Assembly: GCA_900128395.1 (NCBI GenBank)
Contig: LT649244.1
Location: 47,611-67,610 of the forward strand
Length of the DNA stretch: 20,000 nt
Source: Stramenopiles sp. TOSAG23-2
Taxonomy: Eukaryota
Reading direction: 5' to 3'
The notes beneath the pieces were generated by a model that did no database searches, was not told the origin of the DNA, and saw only the letters and a program-made list of their open reading frames with translations. Position 1 is the first letter of the stretch. Each line of letters opens with the position of its first letter. The position numbers were made by a program, and so were the translations under genes. Below are positions 1 to 9,195 of the stretch, in pieces.

Positions 1-1
1 T

Positions 2-1564
2 TTACGCGGTCATCGTATAGCTGGTTCATGGTTGGAAATTATCGACTCACACTGGTTATCGATTGGAGGTAGACCAGATTACGATGAAATGATAAATAAT
101 ACATCAGAGTTTTTAAGAAAATATGGCGAAAAATTAGAGAAAGAGGAAAAAGAGGAATTCGAAGCAATGGAAGAAGCAAAGAGAAATGGCATGGAATATA
201 AAAAAGAAAGCACAGAAAAAAATTCATCCTTAGATTTAATAGGGCCATGGAATTTACCATTAAAATCAAAGGATAGAAAAAACAACGAAGCCGTGATATT
301 CCATATATTTCAACAAATGCTACAATCGACGAACAAAAATAAATCAAGACATTTTATACAACAAATTCCAATGGATTCAGATTTATTATTATCACCAGAG
401 GAACTTAAGAAAAAAAAGAAGAAAGAAAGAAAGAGAAAACAAAGAAATAAAGAAAAAGAAGAGGAGGAAGAAACGCCGATGGAAGAAATAGCTGAACATG
501 TAATTACGAAAAATCAATTATTTGAATCATTGCGATCGGACAAAGAAGTCATTATGAACATGGCTAGATTTTCAACGTTTAAACCAATTTTACGGAATGA
601 ACTATTTAGCGATTTATATGATAGATTGATCACACGAACATCAGGTTTGTTAAATTTTTCAGAATTTTTACAATTTCTTGAATATGGTGAAAATGAAGGT
701 GAAAACAGATTAATGTTAAGGAGATTATTCGATGCTATAGATTTTGATAACAGTGGAACCATCGAGAAAAAAGAACTTTTAACTGCTTTCAATTACAACA
801 AAGATGTCGTGAGTCTTTTGAAGCGTAAGCCTAGTCTAGCAATCTTGCTAAGGCCGGAGTTGTTTAAGGAAAGCTTCTTTAAATTTGACACAGATGAAAA
901 TGGAATGGTAAATTACGAAGAATTCGTTCATTTTGTAACTGTTAGCCAAGCTACAGCGAATCACAGAGCAAAACTTCGCGAAATTTTTGATATTATTGAT
1001 CATGACGGTAAAGAAATCATTACAAAAAGGGGTGTCCTAAAGGCATTTACAGTAAACAAAAAAATCATCAAGTTAGTCAATTCAGAGCCCTTGTTACGAA
1101 TTTTATTAGTACCTAGATTATGGGAAAAGGCTTTCATGTCTATTGAGTCCAAATCAAGGAAGACAGACAAAGTCACCATAACATTTGAAGAATTTGCATC
1201 ATTCGTTTTAAATCAGAAACATTCAAAAATTAATCCAGTCCTATTGGAATATTTATATCAATCCATCACATCTATGTCTGATGATTATTGTACAAGGCGT
1301 CAAATGTTTCGCAGTTTAACCAGAAATAAAAATATATACACAATCTTGAGTCAAACAGGACCTTTAAAACGTTTAGTGCAAGGCCCGGCAATGTTAAAAG
1401 CATTTAAACGGTTGTCAAAAAAACGTGGATATTTCAGTCTTAAAGATTTTTTAATATTTGCTGCTAAATCAAAGAAAGAATTTCGAGAAGAAAAGAAACG
1501 AACAAGCATATTTAAAGAAGAGACTATAAATAGTTTAGAGACTGATAGTGATAAGGAATCATAA
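2..1564 (+). CDS. Multi-EF-hand Ca2+-binding protein, 5'-truncated by the window edge
   Basis: The frame is open from base 2 (tta cgc ggt cat...); the track start at 32 is only a TTG. Canonical EF loops DFDNSGTIEKKE and DTDENGMVNYEE, degenerate loop DHDGKEIITKRG, about four ~80-aa EF-pair repeats, and a Lys/Arg-rich NLS-like stretch KKKKKKERKRK. Confidence 0.85.
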   Translation, partial: LRGHRIAGSWLEIIDSHWLSIGGRPDYDEMINNTSEFLRKYGEKLEKEEKEEFEAMEEAKRNGMEYKKESTEKNSSLDLIGPWNLPLKSKDRKNNEAVIFHIFQQMLQSTNKNKSRHFIQQIPMDSDLLLSPEELKKKKKKERKRKQRNKEKEEEEETPMEEIAEHVITKNQLFESLRSDKEVIMNMARFSTFKPILRNELFSDLYDRLITRTSGLLNFSEFLQFLEYGENEGENRLMLRRLFDAIDFDNSGTIEKKELLTAFNYNKDVVSLLKRKPSLAILLRPELFKESFFKFDTDENGMVNYEEFVHFVTVSQATANHRAKLREIFDIIDHDGKEIITKRGVLKAFTVNKKIIKLVNSEPLLRILLVPRLWEKAFMSIESKSRKTDKVTITFEEFASFVLNQKHSKINPVLLEYLYQSITSMSDDYCTRRQMFRSLTRNKNIYTILSQTGPLKRLVQGPAMLKAFKRLSKKRGYFSLKDFLIFAAKSKKEFREEKKRTSIFKEETINSLETDSDKES

Positions 1565-1811
1565 GAAAGTAGATGAATGTCTCGATAATCTCACCAAAAA
1601 TATGTATGATAGCGTGTTTTTATAGAAAAATACACGTGTGTACGTATCATACGAAGCGTAAAATATCATATGATATCTCTCTACCCAACTTTTTTTAAAA
1701 TGGTATGCATATCATATCATATATATATTATATATATATCATACATGCATGTACATGTATGTATCACATTATACATAAAATATGTGATATATAATATCAT
1801 ATATGTACGCG

Positions 1812-1840
1812 TATATATATATACACACACACACACACAC
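1812..1840. repeat. Compound (TA)n(AC)9 microsatellite
   Basis: tatatatatat followed by (ac)9 at 1823-1840. Confidence 0.9.
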
Positions 1841-2107
1841 GTATATTTGTTTTCTTTCAGTTTCTCTCTTTTTACTATTTTTTTTTCTTTTATCTATATT
1901 TTATTTATATTTGTTGGCTTGTTACAAAGAACGCACTGTTAATGAATTATTAACATTAGTTTTCAGAAAAAATCAATCATTGCCACGTGCTACCGGTACA
2001 TATCATATAATATATATATATACTTCGTATTATATATATATATAATACGTATATCACCAACTTTACTTTATTTCCTGTATATTTATTTAACGTTAATACA
2101 AGTACAT

Positions 2108-4429
2108 TTACATTTTGGCGCCTAAGGTTGCAAAAATACTAGGAGATGCAGGCTCGCCAAATTTCTTTGCAAGTTTTTTTAATTCCCAGTCAGTTGTTAA
2201 TTTATGATGGTTTGGTTCTGCACCTTCCCAATGTGCATCCCATGCAACAGGCGCATCATCAACACTTGCAGTTTTCATTGCTTCCCACATACCAGGACCC
2301 CATCCGGCAGCATTAATCATATTTGTTCCTACTAATGCATGCGGTTCGCCAGTTTCCCCCCGTGGATAGAAGCGTCGAGATCCAGCTCTTTCTAGCAATT
2401 CATCAATCATGCGTGGTACGTTCATGTAGGTATCATAATATGTCTCATCACCATTACCGTAAACAGCATGTTGAAGACCTTTTAAAGGTTTATTTGGATT
2501 TTCTGATGCAGCTTTTAAATGATAATAAAATTCCCAGAAGTTTTTTGGTGGGTTACCATACATGCTTGATGTACATACAACTAAAAATTTCGTATTTTTC
2601 AATGAATTGAAATTAAAATCATTACCAGTAACAATTGAAGCAGGTTTTTCCAAATCGCCTCCCTCTGGGAACATTCCTAAAATATCTGTAGCATCACGCT
2701 CGGAATCACCCATGAAAAAGGATCCGAATACAAGTGCGACATCTTGACCACCAATATCTCCACTATCCATGGCTGGGGCACTATTATCACTTCCTTCTGT
2801 GCCATCAGCTGCTGCTGTTAATTTACCAACTTCCGTTGTTACAGCTTCATCCCATTCGATGATATCAACTTCGTCACCAACAACTTCACCAACTTCTTGT
2901 GATGGTGCAGAGCTATAGGTGATAGTAATAGGATCAGCCCCATTATTCTGTGGAATGGTAATAGTAGTGGTACTACCTGGAACAGTTCCAGTTACAATAG
3001 GCGGTGGAGGTTGTTTTACATATTCAGAAGCAGATGCACCTGCAACACGTCCAAATACAACACATTCAAGCAAAGCTGAGCCACCAAGACGATTACGTCC
3101 ATGGATACCACCAGCTAACTCACCAGCAGCAAATAATCCTGGGATTACACGATTTGAACCATCGTATACACATTCTGATTTTGGACTAATTGCAAGACCA
3201 CCCATTGTGTAATGTACAACTGGGGTAACTTGTGCGACGTAAAAACTGTCATTAATATCAAATGGTGCATTTGTGAAATAAATTTTACCAAATGGATCCG
3301 TACCTTTCTTTGCATAATCATTATATTGATCAAATGATTCTTTTAATTGTGAGGTAGGGATGCCCATTTCTGCAGCAAGGTCAGCACCACTGTCGAAATG
3401 CTTCATAACACGACGGGAGACGTAATGTTTACAATGCCAATCTAAATTTGATGCTGCAGCACTGTTCAATACAAGACGGTATGGTGCTTTGCCGTGTTCC
3501 CACATATTACCGGTTACATAATCACGTTTGCCGATATCATTGCAAAATCGAAAGCCATCGTTACCAAGTAAAATACCACCTTCACCACGCAATGCTTCTG
3601 CTGCTAAAAATTTAGTTTTATTGTCTGGATCATCTGGATTAACAAGACCAGTTGGATGCACTTGTACATGTTTCAACGCAATAGCTTTTGCACCAATATC
3701 CATGGCAATATCAATACCTTCGCCTTGGGAATGGTCACCGTTCGTTGTTGGCAAATGTACTAAATCTGGACGGATTTTTTCCAACAATGAACCTTTATGG
3801 TTGCCGCCAGCACCATAACCACCAGTTGCTAATACAACAGCATCTGCTACAACGGTTTCCATTGCACCATCACCATTTTCAAATTCCACACCAACAACAC
3901 GACCATGTGGATCTTTAATAAGCTTTTTCGCAGAGGCATTGATTACTAAGTCACACGTACCATCTTCGGCATCAGCTAACTGTTCATATTTTTGCATAAG
4001 TGCAGAAGTAATCTCCATGCCTGGAAATTTACCACCAGATTTTGAACGATGCGTACGTTGATTTGTATGCCCACCTAAACGGGATACAGTATCAAGAGCA
4101 AGACCAAAATTATCTTGGATCCAATGTACAGCACCTGCACTATTTCCTGCAATAACTTTTGCAAGTGGATATGGTGTAGGCATTGGACCAGTTTTCACAC
4201 CAGTAGCGGAACGTACGGTATCCTCAAGAAACTGATCAACACTATCTTTCAAACCCATTTTAGCTTGTGTACGACTACCAGCACCATTAATACCAGAAGT
4301 TGCTTTAGTACTATTACCACCAAGGAAAGGATTTTTTTCCAATAATGTTACTTGTACACCATTTTGTATGAGTGTATGTGCGGCTGATAAACCTGATAAA
4401 CCACCTCCAACAACAATTGCGCTTGGCAT
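2108..4429 (-). CDS. Soluble FAD-dependent fumarate reductase (Osm1/Frd1/flavocytochrome-c family) fused to a C-terminal flavodoxin-like domain
   Basis: GGGLSG Rossmann motif, GGNSTKATSGIN, QVHPT, AEALRGEGG, KRDYVT, VHYTMGG and GRNRLGGSALLECVVFG. Pro/Thr/acidic linker at aa ~472-562. Flavodoxin motifs VALVFGS, VVCTSSMYGNPPKN and LKGLQHAVYGNGDETY from aa ~563. C-terminus is AKM. Confidence 0.92.
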   Translation of the reverse strand: MPSAIVVGGGLSGLSAAHTLIQNGVQVTLLEKNPFLGGNSTKATSGINGAGSRTQAKMGLKDSVDQFLEDTVRSATGVKTGPMPTPYPLAKVIAGNSAGAVHWIQDNFGLALDTVSRLGGHTNQRTHRSKSGGKFPGMEITSALMQKYEQLADAEDGTCDLVINASAKKLIKDPHGRVVGVEFENGDGAMETVVADAVVLATGGYGAGGNHKGSLLEKIRPDLVHLPTTNGDHSQGEGIDIAMDIGAKAIALKHVQVHPTGLVNPDDPDNKTKFLAAEALRGEGGILLGNDGFRFCNDIGKRDYVTGNMWEHGKAPYRLVLNSAAASNLDWHCKHYVSRRVMKHFDSGADLAAEMGIPTSQLKESFDQYNDYAKKGTDPFGKIYFTNAPFDINDSFYVAQVTPVVHYTMGGLAISPKSECVYDGSNRVIPGLFAAGELAGGIHGRNRLGGSALLECVVFGRVAGASASEYVKQPPPPIVTGTVPGSTTTITIPQNNGADPITITYSSAPSQEVGEVVGDEVDIIEWDEAVTTEVGKLTAAADGTEGSDNSAPAMDSGDIGGQDVALVFGSFFMGDSERDATDILGMFPEGGDLEKPASIVTGNDFNFNSLKNTKFLVVCTSSMYGNPPKNFWEFYYHLKAASENPNKPLKGLQHAVYGNGDETYYDTYMNVPRMIDELLERAGSRRFYPRGETGEPHALVGTNMINAAGWGPGMWEAMKTASVDDAPVAWDAHWEGAEPNHHKLTTDWELKKLAKKFGEPASPSIFATLGAKM

Positions 4430-4643
4430 AATTGATATCTTTTTTGTTTTAAATATTATTTCCTTTCGTATTGATTTAATGATATATCACGTATATATAT
4501 ATAATTATATATATGTATATATGTGTAAATATATATGTTTGTATATGTCTATATCTTTATATATATATGTATATTTGGATATTTTCATTCATTCTGTGTC
4601 TGACGATTCATGTGCAAATAATCGAATTTTATCATATAATGAT

Positions 4644-4674
4644 ATTTGCATGTTAATTTGCATGTTAATTGGCA
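4644..4674. repeat. 12-bp tandem repeat ATTTGCATGTTA (x2.5) in a divergent promoter
   Basis: atttgcatgtta atttgcatgtta attggca, between the divergent FRD and AKR starts. Confidence 0.75.
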
Positions 4675-5046
4675 CACGATTAAGGCACGTGCTATTTCGA
4701 TCCTCCAGGAAAAAGTGATGGAGTAAAATACGAAAAAAGATAAAATATCGGATTTTGCACCACCAGGACCACCTTAATTTAATATAACTTGTGTCACCAA
4801 TCACCAATCTAAATCAATCACCAAAAAAAAAATGCATTAATCATCACCAAAAAGAGAATCACCACCACCAATACCACACATAAATAATATCTTAATCTTT
4901 ATTAAAATGTATTCACACATTATCAATGTACATACACCACACTACATATACATCAGTATATATACTATACAAACATACATACAAAAATATAATAATTATA
5001 TCATTATTATTAACTCGATTGTTTTAATACCACAAATAGCATTTGC

Positions 5047-6039
5047 ATGATCAACATAACAAAACGATTATTTAGTTCGATAAAAGTAATACAACAAATT
5101 GAAACAAAAGTTTATATTATGTCAAAAACAATTAAATTAAATAATAATTTAGCAATACCACAACTTGGATATGGAACATATATGCGGAAAGATACGTATG
5201 AGGATGTTGGTGGTGTGAAGCAAGCTGTATTGAAAGCGTTGGAGATCGGATATCGACATATAGATTGTGCATCGTTTTACAAAAATGAAAAGGAGGTTGG
5301 CCAAGCTATCAAAGAAAGTGGTATTCCAAGAAATGAATTATTTATTACTGGTAAAGTCTGGAATGATTTTCAAGGTCTTGAACGTGCAAAAGTTAGTTTC
5401 TTAAAATCAATGGAAGATTTAGATATTGACTATTTTGATTTATTTTTAGTTCATTGGCCTTTACCAGGGTACCATTGCGAGACATACAAATGTTTAGAGC
5501 AATTGCAAAAAGATGGAAAAGTGAAAAGTATCGGCTTAAGTAATTATACAATTGATGATTATGAAGAGTTGGAAAAAAGTGGAATATCTGTGAAACCTGT
5601 ATGTAATCAAGTTGAAGTGAATCCTGGTTTATATAGGAAGAAAACAATTGATTATTTCATGGAGAAAGATATTATTATTGCTGCTTACAAGCCTTTACGT
5701 GCTGGTAAAATATTAAAAAATCAAACTGTAATTGATATGGCAAGTAAATATAACATATCACCTGCTAGATTATCGATATTATGGGGGTTACAACATGATA
5801 TGATTGTTATACCGAAATCATCGAATCCAAAAAATATGCTAGATAATTTTGTATCAAGTAGTAGTAGTAACGATGATGATAATAACAGTGGTGATGTGAC
5901 AATATCAAAAGAAGATATGGCAACATTAGATGCTTTGACGACGGACGACGACAAAAAAGCTTGGTATGAACATTATCTTAGTCGTCGTGGGCAAGATCCA
6001 CCACCAAAAGGTGAAAAACGGAAATCGATGGAGGAATGA
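5047..6039 (+). CDS. Aldo-keto reductase (2,5-DKG reductase / AKR5-like)
   Basis: IPQLGYGT; catalytic tetrad D (HIDCA), Y (FYKNE), K (ITGKVW), H (LVHWP); IGLSNY, NQVE and IPKS motifs. Second in-frame ATG at 5119. Confidence 0.93.
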   Translation: MINITKRLFSSIKVIQQIETKVYIMSKTIKLNNNLAIPQLGYGTYMRKDTYEDVGGVKQAVLKALEIGYRHIDCASFYKNEKEVGQAIKESGIPRNELFITGKVWNDFQGLERAKVSFLKSMEDLDIDYFDLFLVHWPLPGYHCETYKCLEQLQKDGKVKSIGLSNYTIDDYEELEKSGISVKPVCNQVEVNPGLYRKKTIDYFMEKDIIIAAYKPLRAGKILKNQTVIDMASKYNISPARLSILWGLQHDMIVIPKSSNPKNMLDNFVSSSSSNDDDNNSGDVTISKEDMATLDALTTDDDKKAWYEHYLSRRGQDPPPKGEKRKSMEE

Positions 6040-6045
6040 CTCTCC

Positions 6046-6750
6046 ATGCAAGATAAAATGAAGTTATTAGATTCCATAAATCGTTTGAAATTGTTTCCAA
6101 AAATTTATATTAATAAAAAAATAAATAAATACAGTTTAACAAATGATTGGGATGGAATTGGCAATAACAACGTTGTGGAGGATGATAATAATAATAACTG
6201 TATGAAAACAAATGCATCTGATAATGATATTAAATGTATTCCACCACCAATTTTACCAAGCCAACCAATGTCCATTTGTATTCGAATGGGTATAGGAAGT
6301 TTTAGTAGTTATACACGTCAATCAATTTTACATTGTGGTATAAGTGATTCCAATGGAAAAGTATATCATTTTGATGAAAATGGATATAATAATGAATCTA
6401 ATTGGTATGAGAGTTTATCCATGCAATTAATAGCAATGTCACCGATTAATAATAATAATAATAATAGCAAAGGTAAGAACTATAACGACATAGATGAACA
6501 AATCATCAACAAAGAACAATGGGATGAAAATTTGAAACGATATCATATATATCATCAAAATAATTTACAAAAATGCATTTATCATGCAAAGGAGAATAAT
6601 TGTTATGATTATGTAACTGATTTTTTAAATATGGTACAATGGAATAATTTCACAAACCATACCAAAAATGTCATCGTGAAAACATATTTAGAACCACTGG
6701 TTTTAAATATGGAAAATTATTTGTATATGTGGAAGGAGTTAGTTAATTAA
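6046..6750 (+). CDS. MKRN2OS-like (DUF4796) protein, permuted papain/NlpC-P60-type fold; start codon uncertain
   Basis: LHCGISDSNGKVYHFDENG and YHAKENNCYDYVTDFLN resemble the two conserved blocks of MKRN2OS as I recall them. Alternative ATGs at 6058 and 6202. Confidence 0.65.
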   Translation: MQDKMKLLDSINRLKLFPKIYINKKINKYSLTNDWDGIGNNNVVEDDNNNNCMKTNASDNDIKCIPPPILPSQPMSICIRMGIGSFSSYTRQSILHCGISDSNGKVYHFDENGYNNESNWYESLSMQLIAMSPINNNNNNSKGKNYNDIDEQIINKEQWDENLKRYHIYHQNNLQKCIYHAKENNCYDYVTDFLNMVQWNNFTNHTKNVIVKTYLEPLVLNMENYLYMWKELVN

Positions 6751-7097
6751 CGACAAAATCAAGAGTGCATTTAGATATCATTTTAAAAGATAAATATGTG
6801 TGTGGGTATTAAATTATTATTTAAATGATATCATATTCGTATATACGAGTAATATAATCAATATATGATATCTAATATAATAATTTGAAATAATTTACAA
6901 AAATGTACGCGTAATTTTATATGATGCCATACTATTTTTCAAAAAACATTTTTTATTTTTATATACGAGGAGAGTGTATTCATATATATATTATATTTTA
7001 TAAAAAATAAAATATTTTTTTAAAAAATATACTCGTATTTTTCTCATATCATATTACTTTTATTTTCATTAAAATGTGTGTTCATCATCATGTCATG

Positions 7098-7122
7098 CTC
7101 TCTCTCTCTCTCTCTCTCTCTC
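7098..7122. repeat. (CT)12 microsatellite immediately after the MFS stop codon
   Basis: Uninterrupted ct repeat at 7098-7122; the MFS stop is at 7125-7127. Confidence 0.95.
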
Positions 7123-7124
7123 CC

Positions 7125-8597
7125 TTATGTCATCTCTACAAATGATGGCGATCTACTACCAACTAATCTTGCCATATTTAAATCATCATCATCGTCTTCA
7201 TCAATTTCCATATCATTTTCATCGTTCAATTGTGTATAATACCCTGCCTCATTTTGTTTATGAGATAGTGTTGTATTATTTATATCAACAGAATTAATGA
7301 AATTTGCTACATAAATAGCACCAATGAAACCAAATATAGAAAATACTAGAAATGGAAAACCTTGAAAGTAAACATCGTTTACATCTTCTTTTTCCCTATA
7401 TACCTTGCTAAGTTTATCGGAATATGAAAATAGTAATCCACATGGTATAGTCAATACAAATGATGCAATTGCACGACATTGACTCATAGCACCCATTATA
7501 GCTCCTTGTTCCTCGGAAGATACAAAACTACTTGTAACACTATCCAGCATAGTATTTGCAGTAAAACATAGAAATGCAAAACTTGCAGGTACAAAAAATG
7601 CAATGTAAAAAGATTCTTGTATAATCCCATAACCAATATCTTTAAAAGCATAAAATAAAAATCCAATTACAATGACTTGTTTCCGGCCAAATTGTTTTGC
7701 AATAAACTTAATATTTAAATTTGCAATGATACCCATAATGCCAGATACCATTACAAAACTTATATAATTTGGACTTTTATCCTTAAAGCGTAATTGCATG
7801 TATGGTCCGAAGCCTGTTGTAACTGGCTGAAATGCAGCAACTCTTAAAATATTCAACATTGCCATATGTTTTATATTCGGTTTAGCATTCATAATGTATG
7901 TTATGCTATCAAATAAATTGATACTTCGATCATTTTCATCTTTCATCTTTTCAATTTCAGTTCTATTAACTGTACCTTTTGGCAAAAAAACGGATACTAA
8001 AACACCAAATCCTATTAAGAATATACCAACATATCTCAAAAGCAATGTATGAGCATCTAATACTGGTTGAAAATCAGCTACTTCTTCTTCAATAGCCCAT
8101 TTCTCAAATGTCATACCACGGAGTGGGTATTTACCTTCAATCACCGCGCCCAAACCACCACCTAGCAAGAATCCGAATGCTATTGTTGCGTACATGATCC
8201 CTAAATTTTTCATTTTTTCATCTGGAAGTGAATTGTCGATAATGTATGATTGTAAAATGCAAACAACAGCTTGGCCTATGCCGCTACAAATTACCATGGC
8301 AATTAAAACTGACATAATTGATAGCTCGTTATGAAATGATAGACTTATCAAAGGAGCTGGCATCATCGCTGTTGTAATGGCAAGTGGAATATTTCTTCCA
8401 ATTTTATCTGATAATTTCCCACCTAATGGAGAAACAAAGAACGTTATGAAATTGATGCATGTAGCAACAATTGCAGTTACGGTTTGTGTGTCTGTTCCAT
8501 AATTTTTATTCAATATGGAAATCCATGCAAAGATAGGCAATAATGTAGATAGACCTATTAGCAATGGCAGGGTGTAAACTAATTGCCATGCAACCAT
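7125..8597 (-). CDS. Major facilitator superfamily transporter (TetA/MFSD14/DHA1-like)
   Basis: About 12 hydrophobic segments, MFS motif A GGKLSDKIGR, second-half copy AKQFGRK, and EEQGAIMG. First ATG at 8597 (the track start at 8606 is TTG; in-frame TAA at 8618-8616). Confidence 0.9.
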   Translation of the reverse strand: MVAWQLVYTLPLLIGLSTLLPIFAWISILNKNYGTDTQTVTAIVATCINFITFFVSPLGGKLSDKIGRNIPLAITTAMMPAPLISLSFHNELSIMSVLIAMVICSGIGQAVVCILQSYIIDNSLPDEKMKNLGIMYATIAFGFLLGGGLGAVIEGKYPLRGMTFEKWAIEEEVADFQPVLDAHTLLLRYVGIFLIGFGVLVSVFLPKGTVNRTEIEKMKDENDRSINLFDSITYIMNAKPNIKHMAMLNILRVAAFQPVTTGFGPYMQLRFKDKSPNYISFVMVSGIMGIIANLNIKFIAKQFGRKQVIVIGFLFYAFKDIGYGIIQESFYIAFFVPASFAFLCFTANTMLDSVTSSFVSSEEQGAIMGAMSQCRAIASFVLTIPCGLLFSYSDKLSKVYREKEDVNDVYFQGFPFLVFSIFGFIGAIYVANFINSVDINNTTLSHKQNEAGYYTQLNDENDMEIDEDDDDDLNMARLVGSRSPSFVEMT

Positions 8598-8939
8598 GAT
8601 AATCAATCTATATTGTTACGTATGTGTGAGTACTCTATATATATTGTTTGAATGTTTGGATATCTATATATTATAGACATTTTCCCACGAGAGGATAGTT
8701 CAATGTATCTATATATATATCTTTTTGATTATTATTCGATCTGGCTAATTTTGTGCCATGTGTGACGTGTGGTACCATCATTCACGCGCTGAATGTGCTG
8801 CGTAGATCTATACCATGTATACCTCCTGTGCTGAACTTTACTACACCCCAAAAACCTTTGTGTGAATTTAATGAATTTAAGGGAATTAGCATGTTGAAAT
8901 AGATTTGAAATACTGAACAAGCTCTAACACATGTTTACG

Positions 8940-8955
8940 ACAGTACTAGTACTGT
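8940..8955. other. Perfect 16-bp palindrome ACAGTACTAGTACTGT in the divergent MFS/TOP2 promoter
   Basis: Self-complementary over 8940-8955. Confidence 0.85.
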
Positions 8956-9195
8956 AGCATTAGCATCATTTTGATATTGATGTGTGGCCATACTGTATGT
9001 GGTGAGAAGATGCTGCAGTTGTTAATAATAATAATGTTATTATTTTTTTTTTGTTGTAAATTAATTTCTATAATTTTGAATTTAAACATAGATTTGGAAA
9101 TAGAGTCCTCTACAACGCCAGCACGTCAATAATAGTAAGTTAATAATAATAATAGTTATTATTATTGCTGTTACTTATTTTAAAACAAAAATAAA

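Noticed and set aside
1670-2045. ORFs of 90 and 80 aa
   Set aside because: Translations of TA/CA microsatellite and T-rich 3' intergenic DNA (Y/I/H/T/F-rich).
4368-4807. ORFs of 116 and 72 aa in the FRD/AKR gap
   Set aside because: Antisense overlap or TA-rich promoter DNA; no protein-like features.
6011-6134. Intron GTGAAA..CAG that would skip the AKR stop
   Set aside because: Weak donor, and the 124-nt length would put the downstream ORF out of frame.
6037-6900. Selenocysteine recoding of the AKR TGA
   Set aside because: No convincing SECIS (AUGA..AA..GA stem) seen downstream of 6750, and the position is not a redox motif.
9142-9166. AATAATAATAA-tag-TTATTATTATT hairpin upstream of TOP2
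   Set aside because: Low-complexity AAT repeats; expected by chance in this composition.
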